This document shows positions 1 to 10,321 of a DNA stretch of 64,000 nucleotides, piece by piece (position 1 is the stretch's first letter; every line of letters begins with the position of its first letter). The notes under the pieces are model-generated. The model had not been told where the DNA came from and made no database searches. It worked only from the letters and a program-made list of their open reading frames with translations. Origin of the DNA: a bacterium. Its GTDB lineage: Bacteria; Electryoneota; JAOADG01. The stretch is taken from positions 2,112,001-2,176,000 of the forward strand of contig OY820579.1 in NCBI GenBank assembly GCA_963681965.1, written 5' to 3'. The translations under genes were made by a program, and so were the position numbers.

Positions 1-179
1 GATGACTGCGCAATTACTGCAACTTTCGCACCGACTTGTTTCGCAACCGAGGCTAATTCTTGAACCCGTGAATAACCGATGACCGCTGTAATACACAGCA
101 GATCGGGATGGCGCGACACTACGTCGATCGTGGATATCCCGATCGATCCCGTAGCGCCAAGTAATGCAATACGTTTCAC
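1..179 (-). CDS. dxr: 1-deoxy-D-xylulose 5-phosphate reductoisomerase, N-terminus (runs off window start)
   Basis: Manual translation from GTG at 179: [20 protein letters not shown], the Dxr NADPH-binding N-terminal motif. Confidence 0.9.
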   Translation of the reverse strand, partial: MKRIALLGATGSIGISTIDVVSRHPDLLCITAVIGYSRVQELASVAKQVGAKVAVIAQS

Positions 180-209
180 TTGTTCTGAACAGCCTACATT
201 AGCTATTTA

Positions 210-875
210 TCACAACGGAAAATAACCGAGACCTACTGTTACACTCGGAACAAATCCCGGTTTATCGAACGTCGAGGACGGTAAGACCATCCCTTTAAAA
301 CCGACTTGTAATCCAAACGGTACTGCCGGTGGTTTGATCCGTGCCTGAACCATCACGTGAATACCGATTTTATTCGATTTGCTTAAAATATCGCTAGCTT
401 TGACTTCGAATTTATCAGATGAATTTTTTAGCAGATCCTTCACTAAATCCTGTCCCGCTACCGGTGGCGTCACTTGCACTCCAGCACCCAATCCGGCAAA
501 CACCGCAACTGCTGGAATCGAAAATACCTTTTTCTTCAACGTGGCACTGAGTCCGACGCGACCGGCTGTCAGCTCCGGAGAATCGGTTTTTCCGCCTGTC
601 AAGACAGCGACTTTATATTTTTTAATTGCATATTCGGCATCGAATTGCAATTCATAATCGCTGACACCCATCACCACGAACATCCCAATGCCACTCGGAT
701 TGGACATCCCATCGCGAATGAGCGTCGCGTCATTGTTGTCGCTCAATTTAAACGTCTTACCGGACAATTCGTTGAATTTCCAGTAATCGCCCACATAATT
801 GACACCAATACCCACGGTTGCAAACGACTGACCAACCAATAATAATGCAGCGATAATCCAGATCCATCGGCTCAT
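210..875 (-). CDS. Exported protein, probable outer-membrane beta-barrel
   Basis: Signal peptide from MSRWIWII; amphipathic strands ending VTVGLGYFPL. Confidence 0.6.
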   Translation of the reverse strand: MSRWIWIIAALLLVGQSFATVGIGVNYVGDYWKFNELSGKTFKLSDNNDATLIRDGMSNPSGIGMFVVMGVSDYELQFDAEYAIKKYKVAVLTGGKTDSPELTAGRVGLSATLKKKVFSIPAVAVFAGLGAGVQVTPPVAGQDLVKDLLKNSSDKFEVKASDILSKSNKIGIHVMVQARIKPPAVPFGLQVGFKGMVLPSSTFDKPGFVPSVTVGLGYFPL

Positions 876-895
876 GATGTTACTCCGTTGTAGTT

Positions 896-1669
896 TTACG
901 CAACTTGATAATCGGCTTCGATCGATTCGGCTAGTTCGATTTCGCAATTCGTTACCGTCGCATCGAAGAGTTTGTGACCCGTGCTTGATAAAACATGGTG
1001 AATTGATGAAATAATCTTGTTGTTATCCGGTACTTCGGAAATTTCTTCAACGATCGAAGTTGCAACAGTCGTTTCATCCGGTTCGCGAGCATTGACTTCG
1101 AAAAAAATTTCTCGCGCCTGAATTCGTGGTCGATGAATTCGCAATGAACCGTGCTGTAATGCTGCGTTGGGAAATCGCCGCTGGGCGCTGCCGAGGATTT
1201 TCCGACCTCGTACAACCGCTTCGTAGCGATTACCACTGGCAAAACAACCGTCGAAATTCGCACCCGGTCGCGATAGCGGTTCGTCGACAAGTTCGACTGG
1301 TATTCCCAAGTCGACCAAAGCGCTTGCCCACCATTCGCCGATCCAGCGATACAGTTCCCACAACGATGGTGATCCTTCGGCTAGGGGAACAACGACGCTG
1401 TAAGTCAGCACGCGATCGTGAACGACTGCTCTACCGCCGGTGGGGCGGCGGCAAATGCCTAACCCCAATGCTGTCAATTTCGAGCGATCGATTCGATCGC
1501 TCTTCTGATGAAATCCCAATGAAACTGTGGCAGGATCCCAGTCGTAAAACCGGATCGTCGGTTCCGTAGTATTTGTCGACATCGCCACATCGATTGCCAT
1601 ATGCAGCGAGCCGCGTCGATCGGAATCGACAATCCAGCGCCAATTACTTGGTGGTTGCCACACCGTCAT
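896..1669 (-). CDS. Lipoate-protein ligase A / octanoyltransferase family
   Basis: HMAID, RRPTGGRAVVH, KILGSAQRR, LQHGS motifs; start uncertain (1669 or 1714). Confidence 0.9.
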   Translation of the reverse strand: MTVWQPPSNWRWIVDSDRRGSLHMAIDVAMSTNTTEPTIRFYDWDPATVSLGFHQKSDRIDRSKLTALGLGICRRPTGGRAVVHDRVLTYSVVVPLAEGSPSLWELYRWIGEWWASALVDLGIPVELVDEPLSRPGANFDGCFASGNRYEAVVRGRKILGSAQRRFPNAALQHGSLRIHRPRIQAREIFFEVNAREPDETTVATSIVEEISEVPDNNKIISSIHHVLSSTGHKLFDATVTNCEIELAESIEADYQVA

Positions 1670-2474
1670 CGTCCGAGCGATCGAATGCGCCGCGTCGTCC
1701 GCCACCGATGACACCGCGCTTCGTTCCTTCGAAAAAGTCGAATACCAGTTTCGTTTCAGGAATCATCGGAACTTCCTGTTTTGCCCGTTCCAAGCCCTGA
1801 GTTATGTTCAGACCGGAGCGATACAAAATGCGGTACAACTGGTGTAACGCGCGCAACGTCTGCTGCGAAAATCCTTTGCGTCGAAGACCGACGACATTCA
1901 GATTGGAAAACCGTAACGGCTCGCCGACCGCCAACGAATATGGCGGTACATCTTTCGGTACCCGATACCCGCCACCGATGAAGCTATACGAGCCAATCCG
2001 GACAAACTGGTGAATCGGAACCAATCCGCCGATATTGACAAAATCGCCAATTTCGGTATGACCTGCCATATTCACACTATTTGCCAAAATCACGTTCTTG
2101 CCAACGATACAGTCGTGTGCCACGTGAGCATACGCCATCAACATGCAACCTTCGCCGATGGTGGTCTCACCGTGTGCCGAAGTGCCGCGATTGATCGTAA
2201 CAAATTCCCGAATCATACAGTCGCTTCCGACTACGGCGATAGTATGTTCACTCTTGAATTTCAAATCCTGAGGATCGGTACCGATCACTGCTCCGTGGCT
2301 AATGCGGCAGCGTTCGCCGATTCGGGCATATTGCGTGATGAGTGCGTTGGATGCGATGCTAGTATCGGCGCCGATAATCGCACCACCTTCGACGACTGTA
2401 TTGGGACCAATCTTTACGCCGTCGTGGATTTCTGCTTTGGAATCGACAATTGCCGATGGATGAATTTCAATCAT
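1644..2474 (-). CDS. lpxA: UDP-N-acetylglucosamine acyltransferase
   Basis: IHPSAIV, PQDLKF, HVAHDC, hexapeptide repeats; lpx operon context. Confidence 0.97.
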   Translation of the reverse strand: MIEIHPSAIVDSKAEIHDGVKIGPNTVVEGGAIIGADTSIASNALITQYARIGERCRISHGAVIGTDPQDLKFKSEHTIAVVGSDCMIREFVTINRGTSAHGETTIGEGCMLMAYAHVAHDCIVGKNVILANSVNMAGHTEIGDFVNIGGLVPIHQFVRIGSYSFIGGGYRVPKDVPPYSLAVGEPLRFSNLNVVGLRRKGFSQQTLRALHQLYRILYRSGLNITQGLERAKQEVPMIPETKLVFDFFEGTKRGVIGGGRRGAFDRSDDDGVATTK

Positions 2475-2565
2475 GTTGCTCTCTCGAACTACGTTGGTGA
2501 TTTTTGTTTTCTGCGCTGAATCGAACCTACAGTTCAGATCTTCAGTTAAGTTTTAATTAAACCGA

Positions 2566-3975
2566 TTAACTTTGAGTCGGATTGCGGTCGACGATCGCCG
2601 CGGACATCTCCGCTTCGGCAACAAGTGTATTGGCTACGTAAGCGCGTCCCTTCATCACACACATATTACGGCGCATCGACATCAACTCGACTCGAATAAA
2701 TAATTGATCGCCGGGAGTTACGGTTCGGCGGAATTTTACTTTGTCCAAACCGGTAAAGTATACCAGTTTTTCTCCGGGATTGGCTGACGAATTCAACAGC
2801 AGAATACCGCCGACTTGACCCATGGCTTCGACGATCAGGACGCCCGGCATAACCGGTCGACCGGGGAAGTGTCCTTGAAAAAATGGCTCGTTAATCGATA
2901 CATTTTTTACACCGGTGACATATTCCTGCGGCACCAATTCCAATACGCGATCTACCAATAAGAACGGATAGCGATGGGGTAAAATGCGTTGGATCGCTTC
3001 GATATCGAATACAAAATCGTGCGTCGATTGGATCTGGTACTTCTTAACCATCTGCTCGGTTTTGTAAATCTTGCTGAGCATTTTTGTCAACTCGACGTGT
3101 GCACCGTGTCCGGCACGGGCTGCGAGTACATGCCCCTTTATCGGCAGCCCGAGTAAAGCTAAATCACCGATTAGATCGACTACTTTATGACGGACAGGTT
3201 CGTTGTAATACCGCAATTCCAAATCGCCCAGAATTCCATTTAGCGTGATCTCGTATTCGGCTGGAACTTCGAATTCCTTGCGTAACCGACCTTCCTCTTC
3301 CGGTTTGACTTCGTGATCGACAAAGACACAGGCGTTGTCGTACATCCCGCCTTGAATCAGGTTGTTCCGTTTCAAGTACTCGACTTCGCTTAAAAGACAG
3401 AATGTTCGCGATGCGGCGAAATCGTCGATGTATTCCTTGTCGAGATCGTAAAGCGAAGTGTATTGCGTTCCAATCTTGGGGTGTTTGTATTCGATCATGT
3501 AGGTGACGCGAAATTCGTCGCTCGGAACGACAACGATATCGGTACGGGTTTCTTCATTGTGATAGATTACCGTCCGATCGACGTTGAAATATTTCTTCGG
3601 AGCATCCTGAGTAATCACGACTGCCTGTTTCAGCGCATTCACGAATGGGATCGCCGAGCCATCGACGCGCGGTGGTTCCGGAGCATCCAATTCAATTAGA
3701 ATATTGTCAATCTGCATTCCCGCAATCGCCGAAAGTACGTGTTCTACGGTATGCACTTTCGCTTCGCCATTCGATAAGGTGGTTCCACGCTGGATGTCGG
3801 TGACATAATCGATCAATGCCGGGATCACTTCACTGCCGGGCAGATCCACCCGTTTGAAGACGATGCCGTGATCGATCGGAGCGGGTTTGAATCGAATCGT
3901 CGATTTACAGCCAGTATGCAAACCGATACCGGAAATTTCATTCTCAAATTGAATTGTGCGCTGTTTAATGTTCAT
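2566..3975 (-). CDS. lpxC: Bifunctional LpxC-FabZ fusion
   Basis: GIGLHTG, TVEHVLSA, RHKVVDLIGD (LpxC) followed by LPHRYPFLLVD, FFQGHFP, MPGVLIVEA (FabZ). Confidence 0.97.
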   Translation of the reverse strand: MNIKQRTIQFENEISGIGLHTGCKSTIRFKPAPIDHGIVFKRVDLPGSEVIPALIDYVTDIQRGTTLSNGEAKVHTVEHVLSAIAGMQIDNILIELDAPEPPRVDGSAIPFVNALKQAVVITQDAPKKYFNVDRTVIYHNEETRTDIVVVPSDEFRVTYMIEYKHPKIGTQYTSLYDLDKEYIDDFAASRTFCLLSEVEYLKRNNLIQGGMYDNACVFVDHEVKPEEEGRLRKEFEVPAEYEITLNGILGDLELRYYNEPVRHKVVDLIGDLALLGLPIKGHVLAARAGHGAHVELTKMLSKIYKTEQMVKKYQIQSTHDFVFDIEAIQRILPHRYPFLLVDRVLELVPQEYVTGVKNVSINEPFFQGHFPGRPVMPGVLIVEAMGQVGGILLLNSSANPGEKLVYFTGLDKVKFRRTVTPGDQLFIRVELMSMRRNMCVMKGRAYVANTLVAEAEMSAAIVDRNPTQS

Positions 3976-3987
3976 CGGGCTTTCCAG

Positions 3988-5010
3988 TTAAATTTTTTGT
4001 TCCAATTTCTTTACGCGATCGAATAAGTCCGGTAGTTGTTTCCATAACACTGCGATTTTGAGCATTAAGCGATGGGGAATTGCCGGCGTACCCCAGACCG
4101 TGGTTTCGTCATGTACACTGCCGGTTACACCGGATTGTGCGGCGATCGTGGCATGATCGACGGTTTCAATATGACCATTAAATCCAACTTGTCCACCGAT
4201 CCGGTTATAGGCACCGATCCGCGTCGAACCGGAAACGCCGGTTTGAGCGGCGATTACAGTATGGGCACCAACCCGCACGTTGTGGGCGATATGCACCATA
4301 TTATCTAATTTCGTCCCGGTTTCGATGATCGTTGCACCACTCAATGCCCGATCGACACAAGCATTCGCACCGATTGATACGCCATCTTGCAACACCACGG
4401 TTCCGAGTTGAGGAACTGCTTGGTAAACGCCATTGGCATCGGGTAAAAACGCAAATCCTTCCGACCCGATCACTGCCCCTTCTTTGACGACGACGCGATT
4501 TCGCAATTCGACGCGATCGCGCAGGGAAACTTGCGGATAGATACGGCACTGCTCGCCTATTTGAACTTCCCGTCCAACCCAGACGTGTCCATATAAAATT
4601 GTCCCGGAACCGATCGTCGAATTATCGCCTATTACACAGAGGGGACCGATCGATACATTTTCACCGAGAGTGACATTCGTTCCGATGACGGCGGTAGGGT
4701 GAATACCGGTTGGTTCCGGTAACGGAGGATGAAATCTCGGCAATAAAGTCTGGAATACCGCATAGGGATTTTCCACGCGGATGAGTGAGCAACCGATTGC
4801 CGGTTCATCCGGCTTCACCAGAATTGCGGAAGCGTGGCTCTTGACTGCAGCAGCACGATAACGTTGGTCTTGCAGAAATGAGAGTTCGCCGGATTGGGCA
4901 TCTTCCAATCGTGCCAACCGTTCGATCACGACATCGTCCCCAATAAGGGTGCCGTGAAATTCGGTTGCGATTTCCGAAAGCATCATCCGCATAATTAGTC
5001 CTATCGTCAT
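3988..5010 (-). CDS. lpxD: UDP-3-O-acylglucosamine N-acyltransferase
   Basis: NPY, IGSEGF, KLDNMVHIAHNV motifs; start may be 4992. Confidence 0.96.
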   Translation of the reverse strand: MTIGLIMRMMLSEIATEFHGTLIGDDVVIERLARLEDAQSGELSFLQDQRYRAAAVKSHASAILVKPDEPAIGCSLIRVENPYAVFQTLLPRFHPPLPEPTGIHPTAVIGTNVTLGENVSIGPLCVIGDNSTIGSGTILYGHVWVGREVQIGEQCRIYPQVSLRDRVELRNRVVVKEGAVIGSEGFAFLPDANGVYQAVPQLGTVVLQDGVSIGANACVDRALSGATIIETGTKLDNMVHIAHNVRVGAHTVIAAQTGVSGSTRIGAYNRIGGQVGFNGHIETVDHATIAAQSGVTGSVHDETTVWGTPAIPHRLMLKIAVLWKQLPDLFDRVKKLEQKI

Positions 5011-5221
5011 CTATAGCGGTTCTAAAATAAGTTGCCATCGGGTTGGGGCTAACCCCCGAGTCCGCCAGCAGGTCAAGCGAAGCCTGACACCGAAGCACAA
5101 ATTGAATTATGACAGCTTATTTCACCGATACTCTACCTGCAAATTCTAGGTAGTATCGAACAATCGACCCAAACCAGTAAAATAAGCGGAAAACTACCCC
5201 GTTCAAACCCCTATGAGCTAG

Positions 5222-5249
5222 CTGTGCAGGCTTAGTTCAGCCTGCACAG
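5222..5249. terminator. Perfect 11-bp hairpin downstream of skp, probable terminator
   Basis: CTGTGCAGGCT-tagttc-AGCCTGCACAG; weak U-tract. Confidence 0.5.
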
Positions 5250-5314
5250 TAGATGCGAATATCGTAGTATCTTGAAAAAAACGTCTAAAAGCAAGTAAAT
5301 CGGATCGAAATTCG

Positions 5315-5842
5315 TTATTTTTTCGAAAGTTCCTCAATAATTCGACTCGTTAAATCGTCAGACGGTTTTGCATAGACCACACCACCGGGAACGACATCGA
5401 AAATGATATCATAGCCGTCCTGTTCACCAACTTTCTTGATGATACCGTTGACTTTGTCCAAAATCGGCTTAGTAAGTTCTGAATTACGCTGGTAAAGCTT
5501 CCCTTCGGGACCCCAAGTGTCCTGTTGAAACTTCTTCAGAGCGTCCATTTTGGTGAGAATCTCAGTCTCTTTGTCCTTTTTCTTCTCATCCGTCATCATC
5601 GCCGACTGTTTTTCGTAGAGGTCGCGCAATTTTTCGATTTCGGTCTTCAATGAATCGGCTTTCTTGGAATACTCGCCTTCTTCCTTCTCCAGTTTCTTTT
5701 GTGCTTCTTGCGATTCTGAGAAATCAGCCATGATCTGTTGACTATTGATATATCCAATTTTAGTGTCTTTGGCTGAGGCGATCTTCCACGATGACACACC
5801 GGCTAACAGTGCCACGACGGCGAAACAGTGAATCCATTTCAT
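5315..5842 (-). CDS. skp: OmpH/Skp periplasmic chaperone
   Basis: Signal peptide, KIGYIN, coiled coil, YDIIFD, DLT; lies between bamA and lpxD. Confidence 0.93.
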   Translation of the reverse strand: MKWIHCFAVVALLAGVSSWKIASAKDTKIGYINSQQIMADFSESQEAQKKLEKEEGEYSKKADSLKTEIEKLRDLYEKQSAMMTDEKKKDKETEILTKMDALKKFQQDTWGPEGKLYQRNSELTKPILDKVNGIIKKVGEQDGYDIIFDVVPGGVVYAKPSDDLTSRIIEELSKK

Positions 5843-5916
5843 TCGATTAGTTCTCCATTGCATTGCTTGAACGATTTCTCAAGCGGTTATCGATCCATTA
5901 ATAAAAAAAATCTTCG

Positions 5917-8292
5917 CTAGAAGCCGCGACCGAATTGGAAGTGCGGCATCCATTCCCCTTGCCGATTGCCTTTGCTATCGGAATTATCAAATCCGTAGGC
6001 ATAATCCAAGCCGATCAAACCGACCATCGGCATAAATATTCGGACTCCCAAACCGGCGGAGCGCTTTAAATTACCCGGGTTGAGGTCGATTGGTGAAATC
6101 CAGACGTTGCCCGCTTCGGCAAACATCAAACCGTAAATCGTGGGATTAGGTACGATCGGAACCCGCAATTCTAGTGCTTGCTTGAAATACGATTTTCCGC
6201 CAATCGCGTAATCGCCCGATCTCGTTTGCGGTCCAATCGCACGCTCGTTATAGCCGCGTAATGGTACACCCAGACCCAAACCGGAACCACCCATGAAGAA
6301 ATAGTCAACATACGGAATATCGCGGGGATTTCCACTTAACCCGTTCATCATACCGGCTTCGGTTGATGAATACAAGACAAACTTCAAGAATGCGTGCTGA
6401 TACCATTCGCTGCTGATAGTCGTTTTGTAGTAACGGTCGTTTCCACCGAGAAATCCCCCCGACCAGGTTAAACCGATCGTTTGCACCGATCCTGTCGTCG
6501 GGAATTCGGGATTGTCGCGACTATCGCGCGTTAAAACCTGAGTCAGCGTGCTGCTGAGACGCGGTTTGTCTTCTTCGAGACTGTTGATATTGTTGGCAAT
6601 AAAGTCCGATGTAAAATTCGTGTAGACCGCTCGCTCCAAGGTGTAGTTGTAATTAACCTTGCAATAATCGTCGGGCCAGGTCAATCGCCGTCCTAAACGG
6701 AACGAACCACCATTTTGCAATTCGTCGAATCCGTAATACGACCCCCCGCGCCGTTGCGAATACAACGTTCCGCCGATAGATGTTTGCGGATAGGTCAAAT
6801 ACGGTTCATCGAAACTGATCGAGAAATTCCGGTAATACGATCCGAAGCTCCAATCGAATGAGAAGCGTTGTCCATTGCCCATAAAGTTCGGCATCGTAAA
6901 GCCAATCGAACCGATCGCACCGTCGCGTTGACTGTAGCCGACTTGCATGTTTGCCTGACTAGTTTGTTTTTCGGTAACGTCAAGTTTCAGGTCGACTTCT
7001 TTTTCGCCCGCAGGCAATACTTGCGGTTCGACGTTGCTAAAGAAATTCAGAATCGTTAACTCGCGAACTGAACGTTGCAATTTCGAGCGATCGAAGGTTT
7101 CACCCGGCAATTGCACGATTTCCCGTCGAATGACATGGTCTTTGGTGGTGGTGTTGCCGGAAATATCGATTCGGCGGACTTTGAATTCTGCACCTTCGCC
7201 GATTTCAATTTTAACATTCAACGTATCGATTTGTTTCGATCCCGCCACTGGAATTAGCGTCGGTTGGATCTGAGCCGCCAGATAACCCTTGTCCAAGTAT
7301 GAACCGCGGATCGCTTCGGTGACGCCGATATCCAATTTTTCTTCGGCGAATTTATCGCCACGGCGCACGTCGATTTTCGATTTCAATTCGTCATCGGTGA
7401 AGATCGAGTTGCCGGTAAATGTGACATCCCCGAAATAGTATAATGGTCCCGGATCGACAGTCACTTTGATCGACAACGATTTGCCGTTCTTGGCGTATTC
7501 GATCGTGTCTTTGATCACCTGTCCATCGCGATAACCGTGATTGCGGAAAAACGCTGCCACTAATTTCTTGTCGTCTTCGAATTGCGATTTATCGAATTTT
7601 CCGGTGCGAAAAACAAAAATGCGTTGCTTGGTGTCTTTGAACTGCTTGCGCAATTTACCTTGTGAGAACGGCAATTTCGAACCGTCGCTCGAGACGAATT
7701 CGATTTTGGCGATTCGAATTTTTTTGTGTTCTTGAATCGTTGTTTCAAGGCATTTTGTCGTTGGGAGTGTACCGTCGACTATTTTCGTGTCGATCTCGAC
7801 CGACAGATATCCTTCTTCGGCATACATCTCGCGGATAATTTTATTGGCGCGAAAAATATCGACATCACGCAATGTCTGACCGCGATTCAATTTCACTTTA
7901 TCGCGGATATCGTCGACTTTGATTTTCTTGGCTCCGGAAATCTTCCAATTTTCCATTCGCGGATATTCGCGTACTTTGATCACAAGATACCAACCGTCGC
8001 CGGTTTCACGTTCCTTGACAATCTCGATATCGGAGAATAGTTTCAGTTTCCAGAGTGATCGTATACCCTCTTGCACGTCGTCACCGGTTACATACATTCC
8101 CGGCAGCAAACCACTTTGTTTGATCACCATACTGCTATCGACAGTAAGTCGTCCACCCAGCGCTTCGATGTGTATATCCAGAACCCGCACTTTCGGTGCG
8201 TCACCTTCGCTGCTCTTTGATTTGCTGTCGGCAGCAAAACTGGAACAAAACGAAAAAAGCGTCAAAGCGATGAGAACCCAAATATGTTTCAT
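5917..8292 (-). CDS. bamA: Outer membrane protein assembly factor BamA
   Basis: POTRA repeats (GNTTTKDHVIRRE), LRGY loop-6 motif, C-terminal F. Confidence 0.96.
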   Translation of the reverse strand: MKHIWVLIALTLFSFCSSFAADSKSKSSEGDAPKVRVLDIHIEALGGRLTVDSSMVIKQSGLLPGMYVTGDDVQEGIRSLWKLKLFSDIEIVKERETGDGWYLVIKVREYPRMENWKISGAKKIKVDDIRDKVKLNRGQTLRDVDIFRANKIIREMYAEEGYLSVEIDTKIVDGTLPTTKCLETTIQEHKKIRIAKIEFVSSDGSKLPFSQGKLRKQFKDTKQRIFVFRTGKFDKSQFEDDKKLVAAFFRNHGYRDGQVIKDTIEYAKNGKSLSIKVTVDPGPLYYFGDVTFTGNSIFTDDELKSKIDVRRGDKFAEEKLDIGVTEAIRGSYLDKGYLAAQIQPTLIPVAGSKQIDTLNVKIEIGEGAEFKVRRIDISGNTTTKDHVIRREIVQLPGETFDRSKLQRSVRELTILNFFSNVEPQVLPAGEKEVDLKLDVTEKQTSQANMQVGYSQRDGAIGSIGFTMPNFMGNGQRFSFDWSFGSYYRNFSISFDEPYLTYPQTSIGGTLYSQRRGGSYYGFDELQNGGSFRLGRRLTWPDDYCKVNYNYTLERAVYTNFTSDFIANNINSLEEDKPRLSSTLTQVLTRDSRDNPEFPTTGSVQTIGLTWSGGFLGGNDRYYKTTISSEWYQHAFLKFVLYSSTEAGMMNGLSGNPRDIPYVDYFFMGGSGLGLGVPLRGYNERAIGPQTRSGDYAIGGKSYFKQALELRVPIVPNPTIYGLMFAEAGNVWISPIDLNPGNLKRSAGLGVRIFMPMVGLIGLDYAYGFDNSDSKGNRQGEWMPHFQFGRGF

Positions 8293-8299
8293 ATTGCCA

Positions 8300-9058
8300 T
8301 CAAATCGTCTTCAGTTGTTCGGATACTTTGCCAAAGCGCCGCTCGCGCGTCTGAAACCATTCGACGGCGGCTGATAGCTCGTTTTTCCGAAAATCGGGCC
8401 AATGTACGTCGGTGACGAAAATCTCCGCATACGCGATTTGCCATAACAGGAAGTTCGAGACCCGCATTTCGCCCGAAGTGCGAATTAATAAATCGGGGTC
8501 GGGGAGACCAGTGGTCATCAATGCACTGCTAAAATCTTCTTCCGTTACTGCTTGTACGTCCGACTGGATCAATTTGTTCACGGCAGCCACAATCTCGGCT
8601 CGACCGCTGTAGTTTATCGCGAGATTTAAAGTAATTCCGGTATTATGTTTGGTTTCCTCGATCGCTCGAAGCATTTCAAGGCGAGCGCTATCGGGCAATG
8701 CGGATAGATTGCCGATCGTTCTGACTCGAACATTATTACGCTTCAAGTCTTCAATTTCGCGATTCATCGCGGTAACCATCAAACTCCAAAGCGCACTGAT
8801 TTCGGCGCGCGGACGTTTCCAATTTTCAGTTGAGAAAGTATAAAACGTCATAACTTCGATGCCAAGATCGTTTCCCGCTTCGATCATGGCACGAACCGAG
8901 GCAACCCCTTCCCGATGTCCTGCAATACGAGGCAAACCGCGTCGCTTTGCCCATCGCCCGTTTCCGTCCATGATAAAAGCGATATGACGGGGGATCGATA
9001 GTCGCTGCAACGCGGTTACTTTGGCTTGCCATTCGGCTTTGGAAAGAGATTTACTCAC
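8300..9058 (-). CDS. uppS: Undecaprenyl diphosphate synthase
   Basis: HIAFIMDGNGRWA, FSTENWKRP, IRTSGEMRVSNFLLWQ, RRFG. Confidence 0.97.
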   Translation of the reverse strand: MSKSLSKAEWQAKVTALQRLSIPRHIAFIMDGNGRWAKRRGLPRIAGHREGVASVRAMIEAGNDLGIEVMTFYTFSTENWKRPRAEISALWSLMVTAMNREIEDLKRNNVRVRTIGNLSALPDSARLEMLRAIEETKHNTGITLNLAINYSGRAEIVAAVNKLIQSDVQAVTEEDFSSALMTTGLPDPDLLIRTSGEMRVSNFLLWQIAYAEIFVTDVHWPDFRKNELSAAVEWFQTRERRFGKVSEQLKTI

Positions 9059-10286
9059 CGAAGCCGCGTTTCTTCATCTCTTCTTGGACGGCAGTTAAGC
9101 GCTTTTGTAATTCGGCGCGTTTCGCTGCGTCTTTCTTCTCATCAAGCACAAGAAATTGATTGGCAATCGCACCAGTCAATGTGACCCAAGCCGACTTATT
9201 GTCGCTCTTTACTACGAGGTACGCCTGTAACAGTTTCTCGGCTTCGACGAAGTCTTTCTTCTGAAATTTCGTTAGTGCCAATACATATTTTGTGTCGACG
9301 ATTAAATCGGTGTCGGCAGTTTCAATCTTCAATACGTTCATTAGTGCAGATTCGGCTTTCTCGTATTCGTTTGCCGAAAAATAACGCTGACCCAGATTGA
9401 ACCACAAGACACTGTTCTGGGAATCGACTTTTAATGCCTGTTCGTAACATTCCGCAGCTTCTTTTTTTCGATCTAGTCGGTCGAGGCAGATCGCTTTATT
9501 GGCAATCGATTGGTTGCGGATGTTGATGTAACTCTCTAGACGGGCAGAATCGGCTTCGCTGCGCGGATTTGCCGGAGCCGGGATCGCTAACACAGTATTA
9601 TATCCGTTCAGAGCGTCCGTCCATTTTTCATTGCTATAGAAATAATTTGCAATACCGGCGCGCGAAAGAAAGTCCATTTTATCTTTATCTTCCGCCGCAA
9701 TTGCACGATGGAACCAACTTAATGCTTCTTCACTATTTGCATTCTGTTGGAGGAGCACTTCGCCGATTAATCGTGCCGGATCTTTATGACTGCTCTTGAT
9801 ACTGTCGACAGACCATGCCAATTTGAATGCGTTGATGGCGTCGTTCCATTTCTTTGCTTTGAATGGCGAAACACCACTATTGAAGTATTCAATCCAGTGC
9901 GCTTCGCGAAGGGTATCGAGAACCCCGGCATATGTATTGCTACTCTGGATGCAAAAGTTGATTTCGGAATTGAGTTGAGTGAACTTGTCGATGCGTTTTT
10001 CCAACAATTCCGCGATTAACTTCTGGTCTTTTTCTTTGGCGGATTGCGCTTTTTTCGCCTGAGTGTTCAATGCGACAATTTCGTTGTCGGTCATCTTAAC
10101 CAGCATATAATACGCTTCGGCTTTGGTCGAACCGGACAGCAACGGTAAGTTTTCATTGATGACACGACGGGCGTTTGCCGGGTCGTTTTGTTGCAAGTAG
10201 ATCTCAGCGGAGCGGATGGTCGAATTTCCGCAACCCATTGCAGCAAGCAAAGCAAAGATGGCTATGCAATAGATACACTTTTTCAC
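9051..10286 (-). CDS. TPR-repeat lipoprotein
   Basis: Lipobox LLAAMGC; TPR-like helices (AAECYEQALKVD, LWFNLG). Confidence 0.8.
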   Translation of the reverse strand: MKKCIYCIAIFALLAAMGCGNSTIRSAEIYLQQNDPANARRVINENLPLLSGSTKAEAYYMLVKMTDNEIVALNTQAKKAQSAKEKDQKLIAELLEKRIDKFTQLNSEINFCIQSSNTYAGVLDTLREAHWIEYFNSGVSPFKAKKWNDAINAFKLAWSVDSIKSSHKDPARLIGEVLLQQNANSEEALSWFHRAIAAEDKDKMDFLSRAGIANYFYSNEKWTDALNGYNTVLAIPAPANPRSEADSARLESYINIRNQSIANKAICLDRLDRKKEAAECYEQALKVDSQNSVLWFNLGQRYFSANEYEKAESALMNVLKIETADTDLIVDTKYVLALTKFQKKDFVEAEKLLQAYLVVKSDNKSAWVTLTGAIANQFLVLDEKKDAAKRAELQKRLTAVQEEMKKRGFGE

Positions 10287-10321
10287 GATTTCATCTCCTA
10301 TCGGATAACTTAGTCCGGTGC

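Noticed and set aside
2566-3975. LpxC-FabZ fusion as a novelty
   Set aside because: Well known in Bacteroidota/Chlorobiota and relatives
5032-5100. ZTP riboswitch or SRP RNA
   Set aside because: Only a partial CTGGCGGA resemblance; the other conserved elements are missing
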